A stretch of 64,000 nucleotides of DNA from Candidatus Flemingiibacterium sp. (GTDB lineage: Bacteria; Bacillota; Clostridia; Oscillospirales; CAG-272). This document shows positions 34,541 through 45,288 of this stretch, one piece after another. Below the pieces are notes generated by a model. It was not told the origin of the DNA. It did no database searches and saw only the letters and a program-made list of their open reading frames with translations. The stretch is taken from positions 30,109 through 94,108 of the forward strand of contig JAZNAL010000053.1 in assembly GCA_045586505.1 (NCBI GenBank), given 5' to 3'. The first letter of the stretch is position 1. Every line of letters starts with the position of its first letter. Both the position numbers and the translations under genes were made by a program.

Positions 34541-34625
34541 TGGTGGGAGCGGGTGGATTCGGACCACCGAAGTCACTGACAACAGATTTACAGTCTGCCC
34601 CCTTTGGCCGCTCGGGAACGCTCCC
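34541..34625 (-). tRNA. tRNA-Tyr (anticodon GTA), class II long variable arm, encoded CCA
   Basis: The reverse complement reads GGGAGCGTTCCCGAGCGGCCAAAGGGGGCAGACTGTAAATCTGT...GGTCCGAATCCACCCGCTCCCACCA. Confidence 0.9.
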
Positions 34626-34630
34626 ATATA

Positions 34631-34705
34631 TGGAGCTGGTGAACGGAGTCGAACCATCAACCTGCTGATTACAAATCAGCTGCTCTGCCATTGAGCCACA
34701 CCAGC
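34631..34705 (-). tRNA. tRNA-Thr (anticodon TGT), encoded CCA
   Basis: The reverse complement reads GCTGGTGTGGCTCAATGGCAGAGCAGCTGATTTGTAATCAGCAGGTTGATGGTTCGACTCCGTTCACCAGCTCCA. Anticodon stem-loop GCTGA-TTTGTAA-TCAGC. Confidence 0.9.
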
Positions 34706-34725
34706 ATCTTTATTCAACGCATATC

Positions 34726-34754
34726 ATTATAACACTTTTATACGCTTTTGTCAA
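34726..34754 (-). promoter_or_regulatory. Consensus sigma-A promoter for tRNA-Thr/tRNA-Tyr
   Basis: The minus strand reads TTGACA, then exactly 17 nt, then TATAAT. It lies about 20 nt upstream of tRNA-Thr. Confidence 0.65.
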
Positions 34755-34873
34755 GGGGTTTTTGAAATATTTTTTATCATTTGACTTCGCAATAGGAATT
34801 ATTTCGCACCATATTAACGGGAACTTTTTTGTGGGAATACTCGTCATATAAGTATCACAAAAGGGGGGATTCA

Positions 34874-35530
34874 ATGCTGACGCGATTTTTCGCGATACTG
34901 ACGCTTGCCACACTATTGGCAGGGCTTACAGCCTGCGATGACAAAGTAGATGAGATGCATGACCACGAAACGGGGGTTGTCATAAACCACCTTGAGGAAG
35001 AACTGACTGCAGATGTAGCGGCGGCGTTTTTTGACGCGCAGAATGTGGCACTGTATTTTTCGGGTTACGGGCGCAATATGTATACCGAGGGAAGCATAGA
35101 TGTGGAGGGCGGCACATATCCAGGTGCTGTATCTACGCAATATGACCGTTTTTCGGTATGCGATACTATGGCAGAACTGCGCGAGGCGGTGGAAGCCGTA
35201 TTCACCGACGAGCTTGCACAGGTGTTTCTTAACAAAACCGCAAGCGGAATGCCGCTGTTTTATGAAAGTGACGGTGTTTTGTACCGTTTCGGCGGATATG
35301 TTGCGCAGTACGGGGCTGATGCAGAGCTCACCGAAATCCTGGAATGCCGCAGGAATGATGATGGAAGCATAACGCTTTCGGTCAGGGCGACCTTCCCGGG
35401 ATTTTACGGCGGAGATGCCCACGTTATTGTGGAGCATGAGTATACCTGCATTAATAGCGATGGGAAATACAAGTTTACGGGTGAGTTTCCGCTGCCAATA
35501 GAGCTTGCGGCATCGGAAATACTTACTTGA
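34874..35530 (+). CDS. Lipoprotein of unknown function (weak resemblance to IseA-type endopeptidase-inhibitor folds)
   Basis: The track ORF starts at 34829. ATG 34874 follows AAGGGGGG and gives MLTRFFAILTLATLLAGLTAC (lipobox). The pattern ...ELREAVEAVFTDELAQVFL...ESDGVLYRFGGY is only suggestive. Confidence 0.7.
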   Translation: MLTRFFAILTLATLLAGLTACDDKVDEMHDHETGVVINHLEEELTADVAAAFFDAQNVALYFSGYGRNMYTEGSIDVEGGTYPGAVSTQYDRFSVCDTMAELREAVEAVFTDELAQVFLNKTASGMPLFYESDGVLYRFGGYVAQYGADAELTEILECRRNDDGSITLSVRATFPGFYGGDAHVIVEHEYTCINSDGKYKFTGEFPLPIELAASEILT

Positions 35531-35548
35531 CGGCGAATTCAAGCAAAA

Positions 35549-35588
35549 GCGCTTTCTTCGACAGACGTCGGAGGAGGCGCTTTTTTTA
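35549..35588 (+). terminator. Rho-independent terminator
   Basis: 12-bp stem GCGCTTTCTTCG/CGGAGGAGGCGC (3 G-U pairs) followed by T7. Confidence 0.7.
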
Positions 35589-35681
35589 TTTGTGTCGTAG
35601 ATATAATGATAAGCGGTATATTTCGTAATGCAAATGCCAAGCCGGAGATGTAAACAATTTGTATACAATCACACGGCATAC

Positions 35682-35710
35682 TTGAATTGATTTAACGATA
35701 GGGGTATAAT
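35682..35710 (+). promoter_or_regulatory. Promoter of the marR-ABC operon
   Basis: TTGAAT, then 17 nt, then TATAAT. Confidence 0.5.
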
Positions 35711-35727
35711 TATAAGGTACCTTATAA
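35710..35727. promoter_or_regulatory. Perfect 18-bp palindrome TTATAAGGTACCTTATAA, candidate MarR operator
   Basis: It overlaps the last base of the -10 element and the predicted transcription start. It lies immediately upstream of a MarR gene. Confidence 0.45.
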
Positions 35728-35779
35728 AAAGGAGCTGGTCTTTATTTTTAGCCATGCGGATTTTTCAGATACAGAGCTG

Positions 35780-36208
35780 ATGGGACGTATGCGCAGATGC
35801 GGGTATATCCTGCACCACCGCTATCCGCTGGGAATGTCTCAGAACCGTATATTGCTTATACTCAAAAACGAAGGTGCAATGAAGCAGCGCGATCTAATGG
35901 AACGTATGCACATACAGGCGGGAAGCCTTTCCGAGATCATTGCAAAGGTGGAAAGTGCCGGATATATCGAGCGCGTGCGCTGCGAGGACGATAAGCGCAA
36001 CTTTGAGCTTCGACTTACCAAAGAGGGGCGTGAGCGCGCCGAGGTGTTCGAGCGTGAGCGCGATGAGATGGCACGGGAGCTGTACTCGGAGCTTAATGAA
36101 GCCGAAAAGGAACAGCTTTTTGAGCTTCTCGGACGCCTGCTTACTAAATGGAGTGAGGGCTTTGAGTGCACACAGCACCAAAAGACGGAGGAAAATACAA
36201 ATGCTTAG
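35780..36208 (+). CDS. MarR-family transcriptional regulator
   Basis: Winged-helix core: QNRILLILKNEGAMKQRDLMERMHIQAGSLSEIIAKVESAGYIERVRCEDDKRNFELRLTKEGRE. The start is uncertain. The frame is open back to 35702, and an AAGGAG at 35729 has no canonical start codon at proper spacing. Confidence 0.85.
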   Translation: MGRMRRCGYILHHRYPLGMSQNRILLILKNEGAMKQRDLMERMHIQAGSLSEIIAKVESAGYIERVRCEDDKRNFELRLTKEGRERAEVFERERDEMARELYSELNEAEKEQLFELLGRLLTKWSEGFECTQHQKTEENTNA

Positions 36209-37919
36209 ACGCTTTTTAGGCTACTACAAGCCACATATGAAGATCTTCATACTCGATATGCTCGCATCGCTTGCGGTAGCTCTTGTGGGCATCGTTTATC
36301 CCATCGTGACACGCACGATGCTCAACGATCTGATCCCAAACAAGAATTACCGCATGATAGTCATATTCGGACTCTCACTTTTACTTTTGTATGTGGTCAG
36401 AATGCTGCTTAACTATTTTATTCAGTATTACGGTCACGTCATGGGTGTGCGGATGCAGGCGGAGATGCGCTCGGATATGTTCAGACATCTTGAAAAACTG
36501 CCGTACAGCTACTATGACAATCACGAAACGGGTAAGATCATGTCCCGCATGACAAGCGACCTTATGGAAATAAGCGAGCTTGCACATCACGGCCCCGAGA
36601 ATATTCTTATTTCCTCGGTGTCGGTCATTACAGCGTTTATTTACCTTATTACGATCAATCTCTGGCTGACGCTTATCATCTTCTTCGCGGTACCGTTCCT
36701 TCTTATCATCGCCACAGTGCTTCGCGGAAAGATGCGTGCCGCGTTCCTTGAGAGCCGCAAGTCTGTGGCACAGATCAATGCGGCGCTTGAAAGCAGTATT
36801 TCGGGCATACGCGTCACCAAGGCGTTCACTAACGCCGACCGCGAGCAGGAAAAGTTCGAGGTGGGCAACGGGCAGTTTGTGGAAGCCCGCCGCAAGGCAT
36901 ACAAGGCCATGGGACAGTTCCACTCCACCACCTCGTTTATCACGGATATTTTCAATGTTATCGTACTTATTGCGGGCGGTCTGTTCCTGTACGCGGGGCA
37001 GATTGAGCTTGGCGACTACACCACCTTTATGGTGTCTGTAGGCGTGTTCATCACCCCTGTCATGACTATGATAAACTTCATGGAGCAGTACCAGAACGGT
37101 GTTACGGGCTTTGAGCGTTTCATCGAGATAATCGATGCCGAGCCTGAGCGTGATGCTCCCGATGCGGTGGATATAGGTAAAGCCGAGGGCAGAATCGAAT
37201 TCAAAAACGTTACCTATGCCTACGACGGAGAGCATGACGTGCTTCACGGTGTGAGCCTTTCGATCGATAAGGGTAAGACCTTTGCACTTGTAGGTCCTTC
37301 CGGCGGCGGCAAGACCACCATCTGTCATCTTATCCCGCACTTCTACAATATCGAGTCAGGACAGATACTTATTGACGGTAAGGATATAAGCACGATCACC
37401 AACGAGTCGCTTCGCCGTAACATCGGTATAGTTCAGCAGGATATTTATCTCTTCAATGCAAGCATCCGGGAAAATATCCTCTACGGCAGACTGGATGCCA
37501 CCGAGGAAGAGGTCGTGGAGGCGGCAAAGCGTGCCAACATCCACGAATGGATCATGACGCTTGACGAGGGCTACGAAACGGTCATCGGTGAGCGCGGTGT
37601 ACGTCTTTCAGGCGGTCAGAAGCAGCGTCTGTCCATTGCGCGGGTGTTCTTAAAGAATCCGCCAATACTTATTCTTGACGAGGCAACCAGTGCGCTTGAC
37701 AACACCACCGAGATAATGATACAGCAGGCGCTGGATGAGCTGTGCCGCGGCAGAACCACCATCGTGGTGGCGCACCGACTCTCCACCATCAAGAATGCTG
37801 ACGAGATAGCGGTTATCTCCGAGGGCACTATAATAGAGCAGGGTACTCATGATGAGCTTGTAGCGGCAGGCGGAATGTATGCAAAGCTTCATTCGGGGCA
37901 GTTCAGGGAGAAAATTTGA
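36201..37919 (+). CDS. ABC exporter with fused permease and ATPase (MsbA/multidrug type)
   Basis: The track ORF 35940-37919 carries an out-of-frame N-terminal extension over marR. ATG 36201 follows GGAGGA and overlaps the marR stop (ATGCTTAG). Six TM helices. Walker A GPSGGGKTT, signature LSGGQKQRLSIAR and Walker B ILILDEATSALD. Confidence 0.9.
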   Translation: MLRRFLGYYKPHMKIFILDMLASLAVALVGIVYPIVTRTMLNDLIPNKNYRMIVIFGLSLLLLYVVRMLLNYFIQYYGHVMGVRMQAEMRSDMFRHLEKLPYSYYDNHETGKIMSRMTSDLMEISELAHHGPENILISSVSVITAFIYLITINLWLTLIIFFAVPFLLIIATVLRGKMRAAFLESRKSVAQINAALESSISGIRVTKAFTNADREQEKFEVGNGQFVEARRKAYKAMGQFHSTTSFITDIFNVIVLIAGGLFLYAGQIELGDYTTFMVSVGVFITPVMTMINFMEQYQNGVTGFERFIEIIDAEPERDAPDAVDIGKAEGRIEFKNVTYAYDGEHDVLHGVSLSIDKGKTFALVGPSGGGKTTICHLIPHFYNIESGQILIDGKDISTITNESLRRNIGIVQQDIYLFNASIRENILYGRLDATEEEVVEAAKRANIHEWIMTLDEGYETVIGERGVRLSGGQKQRLSIARVFLKNPPILILDEATSALDNTTEIMIQQALDELCRGRTTIVVAHRLSTIKNADEIAVISEGTIIEQGTHDELVAAGGMYAKLHSGQFREKI

Positions 37920-37950
37920 CGCGTGACGTGTCACGCGGTGCACAATACAC

Positions 37951-37989
37951 AAAAAGCGACGGGCATTCTTGATGCTTGTCGCTTTTTTA
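37951..37989 (+). terminator. Rho-independent terminator
   Basis: AAGCGAC-17nt-GTCGCTT followed by TTTTAT. Confidence 0.6.
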
Positions 37990-38077
37990 TACCTAAATAA
38001 TTAGGATGTTGAGAAATTTTGAAGTAAACCAAACACAAAATTTACGCAAAAATTACCATATAAATTCGAATAAACTA

Positions 38078-38106
38078 TTGCACAAAAGGGAAAATTGTGG
38101 TATAAT
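38078..38106 (+). promoter_or_regulatory. Promoter of the atp operon
   Basis: TTGCAC, then 17 nt, then TGgTATAAT. It lies about 60 nt upstream of atpI. Confidence 0.6.
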
Positions 38107-38168
38107 TAATTCTAAGGTGTTTTAACCAGATAAAGTACTGTATGTAAGGGGGCGCCAACTTAGATAAA

Positions 38169-38576
38169 ATGAAGAAAATAGATGAGGTCGTCCTGCGTGA
38201 AACGCTGTATATCACCCTGTGGGTCGCTGTTTTCTCTGTGGTTATGGAGGCGGTGTTCCTTGTTATCGGTAGGTGGGACTATACGGTGCTCCTAGGCAAT
38301 CTTCTCGGCGGTGGTGCGGCGGTGCTCAATTTCTTTCTTATGGGGCTTACGGTGCAGAATGCCGTTGCTAAGGAAGAAAAGGACGCTAAGAACCTTGTGA
38401 AGCTGTCACAGACGCTGAGACATTTTATGCTTGTGGCAGTAGCCGCTATAGGCTTTATTGTAAGCTGCTTTAATGTTGTGTCAATGCTTGTTCCGCTGCT
38501 GTTTCCCAGCATCGCGGTCAAGCTCCGTATGATACGATTGAAGGACGAGCATGAGGAAGGTGAAAGTTCAAATTGA
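38169..38576 (+). CDS. atpI: ATP synthase protein I
   Basis: Small protein with 4 TM helices at the head of the atp operon. Overlaps the atpB start. Confidence 0.75.
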   Translation: MKKIDEVVLRETLYITLWVAVFSVVMEAVFLVIGRWDYTVLLGNLLGGGAAVLNFFLMGLTVQNAVAKEEKDAKNLVKLSQTLRHFMLVAVAAIGFIVSCFNVVSMLVPLLFPSIAVKLRMIRLKDEHEEGESSN

Positions 38577-39499
38577 GAAAAGAAAGAGATCTTAAATTCC
38601 GCATATGCGACATCGTGTTTATCCTTATGATGATCCTGCCGTTTGTATTCGGAATGGTTCTGAAGGTGCTCACAAAGCCCGCAAGCGAAGGTATACAGAT
38701 TGCGGGTGCACAGATATATTTCACGATACCCATGCCGCTGCAGGACTTTCCGATCACCGAATCCCAAGTGAATTCCTGGATAGTTATGACGGCGATTTTC
38801 GGGCTCTGCCTGTATTTTACCCACGGCATCAGAGCAGGTGTTGAAACAAGACGCCAGCTTGCCGCCGAATGGGTGGTGGAAAAAACTCAGAATATGGTTC
38901 GCACCAACATGGGTGAGGATAAGTATTTCGGTGCATTCCCGCCGTTTGTGGCGTCGATCATGGCGCTGTCGGCGTTTTCTAGCCTTATCACACTCGTGGG
39001 ACTTTATCCGCCTACCTCGGATATGAATGTGGTTGCGGGCTGGGCAGTTATTGTGTTCGTGCTCATCACCTATTACAAGATGAAGTGCGGTCCCGTACAT
39101 TATGCGGCAAGCTTCTTTGATCCGCCCCCGCTGGCACCGCTCAACATCATCAGCGAAGTGGCAACTCCCGTTTCAATGGCATTCCGTCATTACGGAAATA
39201 TCATTTCGGGAAGCGTCATATCCGTGCTTGTTGCGACGGGACTTCAAGGAATATCGAAGATGGTGCTGGGATGGCTGCCCGGATTCCTCGGGGATATCCC
39301 GTTGTTCCAGATAGGTCTGCCCGCCATACTGTCGATATACTTCGATGTATTCAGCGGATGTCTGCAGGCATTCATATTCGCGATGCTTACAATGCTTTAT
39401 GTCTCGAACGGCTTTGCAGTTGACGATTATGAAGTGCTCAAAGCCAAAAAGGCGGCACAAAGAGCCGCGAAAAGCAAAGCCACTGCGGCTTTAAAATAA
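38573..39499 (+). CDS. atpB: F0 subunit a
   Basis: Contains QIYFTIPMPLQDFPITESQVNSWIVM and the conserved Arg region VSMAFRHYGNIISG. The TTG start overlaps the atpI stop. The N-terminal extension is longer than usual, so the start is uncertain. Confidence 0.85.
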   Translation: MRKERDLKFRICDIVFILMMILPFVFGMVLKVLTKPASEGIQIAGAQIYFTIPMPLQDFPITESQVNSWIVMTAIFGLCLYFTHGIRAGVETRRQLAAEWVVEKTQNMVRTNMGEDKYFGAFPPFVASIMALSAFSSLITLVGLYPPTSDMNVVAGWAVIVFVLITYYKMKCGPVHYAASFFDPPPLAPLNIISEVATPVSMAFRHYGNIISGSVISVLVATGLQGISKMVLGWLPGFLGDIPLFQIGLPAILSIYFDVFSGCLQAFIFAMLTMLYVSNGFAVDDYEVLKAKKAAQRAAKSKATAALK

Positions 39500-39814
<315 letters not shown>

Positions 39815-39835
39815 TTTTACAGTAGGTGAATTTTA

Positions 39836-40333
39836 ATGAACATGGAAGTAATTTCCGTCAACCTGTGGCAGATTTTGGTGTCGCTTGCCAACCTGCTTAT
39901 ACTGTTTCTCCTTATGAAGAAATTCCTGTATAAGCCGGTGACATCGGTACTGGAAAAGCGCCGCGCCGACATCGAGGGCGACTATGCCGCCGCAGATGAA
40001 GCAAAGCGCACAGCTCTTGCAAGCAAGGCGGAATATGAAGAAAAGCTGTCCCACGCCGAGACCCTGGCGGATGAGATGCGAAAGAGCGCCGCTGATGAGG
40101 CTAAGCGCCACGGGGAGAGACTTGTTGCCGAAGCCCGTGAAAAGGCTGACGGTATGGTTCGTGCGGCAGAGGCTCAGATCGAGCTTGACCGCAAGAAGGC
40201 GCAGTCCGAAATGAAGCGAGAGATCGCTGACGTTTCGACCCGCCTTGCCGAAAAGCTCATCGAGCGCGAGCTTAATGCCGACACTCACCGCGATCTTATC
40301 GATTCGGTGATCGGCGAAATAGGTAAAGAGTGA
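39836..40333 (+). CDS. atpF: F0 subunit b
   Basis: N-terminal TM helix followed by a long charged helix (AEYEEKL..., ADEAKRHGERLVAEAREKA). Confidence 0.9.
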   Translation: MNMEVISVNLWQILVSLANLLILFLLMKKFLYKPVTSVLEKRRADIEGDYAAADEAKRTALASKAEYEEKLSHAETLADEMRKSAADEAKRHGERLVAEAREKADGMVRAAEAQIELDRKKAQSEMKREIADVSTRLAEKLIERELNADTHRDLIDSVIGEIGKE

Positions 40334-40863
40334 TGACGCAGATATGTGAAGAATACGCGGCGGCACTGTTTGCGCTTGCCGCAGAGGAAGGGGTAAAGGG
40401 CGAGATCGCCGATTCCGTGAAAACGCTTCGCGCGCTCATCGCCGAAAATCCCCAGTATATCGACCTGCTTGCAACGCCGAGCATTCCCCTCACAGAGCGC
40501 TGTGCCGTTATCGAGGAAGCCTTTGGCGGCAGTCTCCACGAATATGCGGTGTCCTTTGTAAAGCTGCTCTGTGAGCGCGGACACATACGTGAGCTTTCCG
40601 ATTGCCTGGATGAGTTCTTGAAGCTTTATGAGGCATCGGATGGAGTCGCCACGGCAGAGGTAATAAGTGCTGTGCCGCTTTCCGATGGGCAGAAAAAAGC
40701 GCTGTGCGAAAAGCTTGAAGGAAGACTTTTGCGCCGTGTGGAGCTGCGCTGTACTGTTGACGATAGCCTTCTCGGAGGACTTATCGTCTCTGTTGACGGC
40801 AAGGTCATGGACGGAAGCATAAAGCGTCGTCTTGCCGATGTCGGCGAAGTTATCGGCGGATAA
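40333..40863 (+). CDS. atpH: F1 subunit delta (OSCP)
   Basis: Position and size fit. Begins YAAALFALAAEEG and has the C-terminal LGGLIVSVDGKVMDGSIKRRL. TGATG overlap with atpF (alternative GTG start at 40330). Confidence 0.9.
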   Translation: MTQICEEYAAALFALAAEEGVKGEIADSVKTLRALIAENPQYIDLLATPSIPLTERCAVIEEAFGGSLHEYAVSFVKLLCERGHIRELSDCLDEFLKLYEASDGVATAEVISAVPLSDGQKKALCEKLEGRLLRRVELRCTVDDSLLGGLIVSVDGKVMDGSIKRRLADVGEVIGG

Positions 40864-40887
40864 AATTCGAAGAAAGGATTTTTTAAA

Positions 40888-42408
40888 ATGAATCTTCGAC
40901 CCGATGAGATCGGAAATATAATCAAAGATCAGATCAAAAATTACAAATCGCGCATTGAGATGACCGAGACGGGCAGTGTAGTACTGGTCGGAGACGGTAT
41001 CGCGCGCGTTTACGGACTCAAGAACTGCATGGCAAACGAGCTGCTGGAATTTGATGACGGCAGTTTCGGAATGGCGCAGAATCTGGAAAACGAGACGGTT
41101 TCCGTTGCGCTTCTGTCAAACGAAAACAGCATCCGCGAGGGCTCCGTGGTTAAGCGTACCGGAAAGGTTCTGTCCGTGCCGGTAGGTAACGCCATGCTGG
41201 GACGCGTCGTTGACGCGCTGGGTCAGCCCATCGACGGTAAGGGTCCCATCGATTACACCGAAACCCGCCCCGTTGAATCCGAGGCGCCCGGTATAATCGA
41301 GAGAAAGAGCGTTTCAGTACCGCTTCAGACGGGCATCAAGGCTATCGACTCTATGATTCCGATTGGCAGAGGTCAGCGTGAGCTTATAATCGGTGACCGT
41401 CAGACCGGTAAGACCGAGATCGCCATTGACACCATCATCAATCAGAAGGGACAGGATGTTATCTGCATCTATGTCGCCATCGGTCAGAAAAACACCTCCG
41501 TGGTACAGCTCGCAAACGAGCTTTCCCGTCACGGAGCAATGGATTACACCATCATCGTTGCGGCATCCGCGTCCGAGACCGCTCCGCTTCAGTATATCGC
41601 TCCCTATTCGGGCTGTGCCATGGCTGAGCATTTTCGTGAGCAGGGCAGAGATGTGCTTATTATCTACGACGATCTTTCAAAGCACGCGGTTGCATACCGC
41701 GCACTGTCGCTTCTTATCCGCCGTCCTCCGGGCCGCGAGGCATATCCCGGCGACGTATTCTACCTCCACTCCCGTCTGCTTGAACGCGCGGCGTGCGTGG
41801 CTCCCGAATACGGCGGAGGCTCCATCACCGCACTCCCGATCATCGAGACACAGGCGGGCGACGTATCGGCATACATCCCTACAAACGTAATTTCCATTAC
41901 CGACGGTCAGATCTTCCTCGAGACCGAGCTGTTCCACGCCGGCATCATGCCCGCAATCAATCCGGGTATATCGGTCAGCCGTGTGGGCGGATCGGCGCAG
42001 TTGAAGCCCATGAAGAAGGTTTCGGGTGAATTAAAGCTTCTGTATTCGCAGTATCGCGAGCTTCAGTCATTCGCACAGTTCGGAAGCGACCTGGATGCCG
42101 ATACCAAGGCAAGACTTGCTTTGGGAGAGCGCATAGTAGAGGTGCTGAAGCAGGGCAGGAACGCACCTGTTCGCGTCGGTTGTCAGGTGGCAGTCGTTTA
42201 CGCGGTTATCAACGGCTTCCTTGACAAGATCGCTGTCAAGAATGTAAGCGTTTGGGAAAAAGCGCTTTACGAGCTGCTTGAGGCGAAATACGATAAGCTT
42301 CTTCTTCGCATTGAAGGCGGTTCATGGGAGCAGGCGGACATCGACGAGCTTGTGAGCGCTATTAACGAACTCAACCGAATCCGCACCGATCTTGCGGAAA
42401 CGAGGTAA
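40888..42408 (+). CDS. atpA: F1 subunit alpha
   Basis: Walker A GDRQTGKT, plus [21 protein letters not shown]. Confidence 0.97.
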   Translation: MNLRPDEIGNIIKDQIKNYKSRIEMTETGSVVLVGDGIARVYGLKNCMANELLEFDDGSFGMAQNLENETVSVALLSNENSIREGSVVKRTGKVLSVPVGNAMLGRVVDALGQPIDGKGPIDYTETRPVESEAPGIIERKSVSVPLQTGIKAIDSMIPIGRGQRELIIGDRQTGKTEIAIDTIINQKGQDVICIYVAIGQKNTSVVQLANELSRHGAMDYTIIVAASASETAPLQYIAPYSGCAMAEHFREQGRDVLIIYDDLSKHAVAYRALSLLIRRPPGREAYPGDVFYLHSRLLERAACVAPEYGGGSITALPIIETQAGDVSAYIPTNVISITDGQIFLETELFHAGIMPAINPGISVSRVGGSAQLKPMKKVSGELKLLYSQYRELQSFAQFGSDLDADTKARLALGERIVEVLKQGRNAPVRVGCQVAVVYAVINGFLDKIAVKNVSVWEKALYELLEAKYDKLLLRIEGGSWEQADIDELVSAINELNRIRTDLAETR

Positions 42409-42414
42409 AGCGTC

Positions 42415-43230
42415 GTGGGAGCAGATACTAAAGCCCTGCGCACACGCATAAAAAGCGTTGATTCCACCCTGCACTTAACAAAAGCTATGGGACTTGTGGC
42501 TTCATCCAAAATCCGCCGTGCAAACGACGCGATGAAAAAAAGCCGTGAGTACGCCGAAGCGCTTTCCCATATCGTCGGCGAGCTTACAAAGAGCGTGGAA
42601 TGCAAGAAAAGTCCGTATATGCAGGTGCGCGGTGACGAGATGTCCCGTACACGCATAATCGTTATCGCGGGTGACCGTGGTCTTGCGGGCGGCTATAACG
42701 CTAACGTAATGCGGCTTGCTGCGCAGTACAAGGGCGCACAGTTTATTCCCATCGGCAAGCGCGCCTGCGAAAAATTCCACGGCGAGTCCTGCTCATCCGA
42801 GCGGTTTGACTCGGATATGGCGGCAGCTGTTGCAAAAGAGCAGTGCGAGGAGTTTGCCGCGGGTGTATATGACCGCCTTGGCATAATTTCCACCGAATAC
42901 GTGTCCATGATGACACAGAGTGCAAAGATCGACTGGGTACTGCCGCTTACAATGGGAGCGGATGCCACGGAGGGTGCCGGCAGCATTCTTTTTGAGCCGG
43001 ACGAGATCTCTGTCCTCAACGCAGTCGTGCCGGAATATGTGGCAGGAATGCTGATGGGGGCGATCCGCGAGAGCTTTGCCTCCGAGGTGGCAGCACGCCG
43101 TATGGCGATGGATAACGCAGGCAAGAACGCAACTGCAATGATCGAAGAGCTTACGCTCAAATACAACCGCGCACGTCAGGGTGCTATCACGCAGGAGATC
43201 ACCGAGATCGTGGCGGGAGCAGGCAATTGA
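42415..43230 (+). CDS. atpG: F1 subunit gamma
   Basis: GTG start. N-terminal ALRTRIKSVDSTLHLTKAM and C-terminal LKYNRARQGAITQEITEIVAGA. Confidence 0.95.
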   Translation: MGADTKALRTRIKSVDSTLHLTKAMGLVASSKIRRANDAMKKSREYAEALSHIVGELTKSVECKKSPYMQVRGDEMSRTRIIVIAGDRGLAGGYNANVMRLAAQYKGAQFIPIGKRACEKFHGESCSSERFDSDMAAAVAKEQCEEFAAGVYDRLGIISTEYVSMMTQSAKIDWVLPLTMGADATEGAGSILFEPDEISVLNAVVPEYVAGMLMGAIRESFASEVAARRMAMDNAGKNATAMIEELTLKYNRARQGAITQEITEIVAGAGN

Positions 43231-43276
43231 CCTGCGGTAGGTTAAAGTGATGTTTGCCGCTTTGCGGCGAGTTTAA

Positions 43277-44695
<1,419 letters not shown>

Positions 44696-44708
44696 AGGGT
44701 GACACGAT

Positions 44709-44972
44709 ATGAACGTGTTCAAGCTGAAAATTTCCACCCCTGACGGTAATATGTTCGCAGGCGAAGCGGCAAAATTAGATGTACGCGGCATCGAGGGCGA
44801 TCTTGCGGTAATGGCGGGACATCTCCCGTTTATGACAGCGCTTAAGCCTTGCGACTGCAGGATTTTGCTCCCCGACGGCGACGAGCGGGTAGGGAGCGTT
44901 GAAGGCGGTCTGCTGAATGTGGGCGCGTCCGAGGTAGTCTTGCTTGCCGGCGGATTCAAATGGAAAGTATGA
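44709..44972 (+). CDS. atpC: F1 subunit epsilon, short form (beta-sandwich only, 87 aa)
   Basis: Reads MNVFKLKISTPDGNMFAGEAAKLDVRGIEGDLAVMAGHLPFMTAL.... The stop is followed about 10 nt later by the operon terminator. Confidence 0.85.
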   Translation: MNVFKLKISTPDGNMFAGEAAKLDVRGIEGDLAVMAGHLPFMTALKPCDCRILLPDGDERVGSVEGGLLNVGASEVVLLAGGFKWKV

Positions 44973-44982
44973 TGAAAAAGGC

Positions 44983-45031
44983 GCTGCCTCAAATGCTGCG
45001 AGGATTGCATTTGAGGCAGCATCTGTTTATT
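44983..45031 (+). terminator. Rho-independent terminator of the atp operon
   Basis: 14-bp stem GCTGCCTCAAATGC/GCATTTGAGGCAGC, then ATCTGTTTATT. Confidence 0.7.
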
Positions 45032-45135
45032 GACTTCCAAATTTTCGCAAAAAAAGCTTTACCCCCAAGTTGAACAATAACGTCCGCAGGTCATACTGCC
45101 GGTGCGGTTTTTACATTTCCGTAACAAACAATTCC

Positions 45136-45164
45136 TTGCAATTTTGCGTGCAATATGGTACAAT
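45136..45164 (+). promoter_or_regulatory. Candidate promoter of the DUF1538/P-II operon
   Basis: TTGCAA, then 17 nt, then TGgTACAAT. Confidence 0.45.
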
Positions 45165-45288
45165 AATTATAATAGTACAAAAATGCGGAGCGATGGTATG
45201 CCATCGACCGCTTTTTCGTGTGCGAGGATAGTTTCTACGGGGGTGTGTTAAAATTTTCAAGGAGAAAACCAACGAATCCGTCTCCGCT

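Noticed and set aside
35940-36200. N-terminal 87 aa of track ORF 35940-37919
   Set aside because: The stretch is out of frame over the MarR gene and has an Arg/Ser/Cys-rich nonsense composition. The genuine ABC start is ATG 36201, with GGAGGA 8 nt upstream.
37920-37937. Palindrome CGCGTGAC-GT-GTCACGCG immediately after the ABC gene stop
   Set aside because: It is most simply a small stem preceding the real terminator (37951-37989). There is no adjacent promoter for it to regulate.
44973-45040. Search for a frameshifted remnant of the epsilon C-terminal helices
   Set aside because: Only about 10 nt separate the stop from the terminator stem, so there is no coding capacity in any frame. The short epsilon is therefore reported as genuine.
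45185-45218. Hairpin plus T5 (GCGGAGCGATGG-TAT-GCCATCGACCGC TTTTT) in the DUF1538 leader, considered as a riboswitch or attenuator
   Set aside because: Only about 15-20 nt separate the best promoter's start site from the hairpin, which is too short for an aptamer. I could not recognise any known riboswitch core. It may be a 5' stabiliser or the terminator of an unseen upstream transcript. It is left as unexplained rather than claimed.
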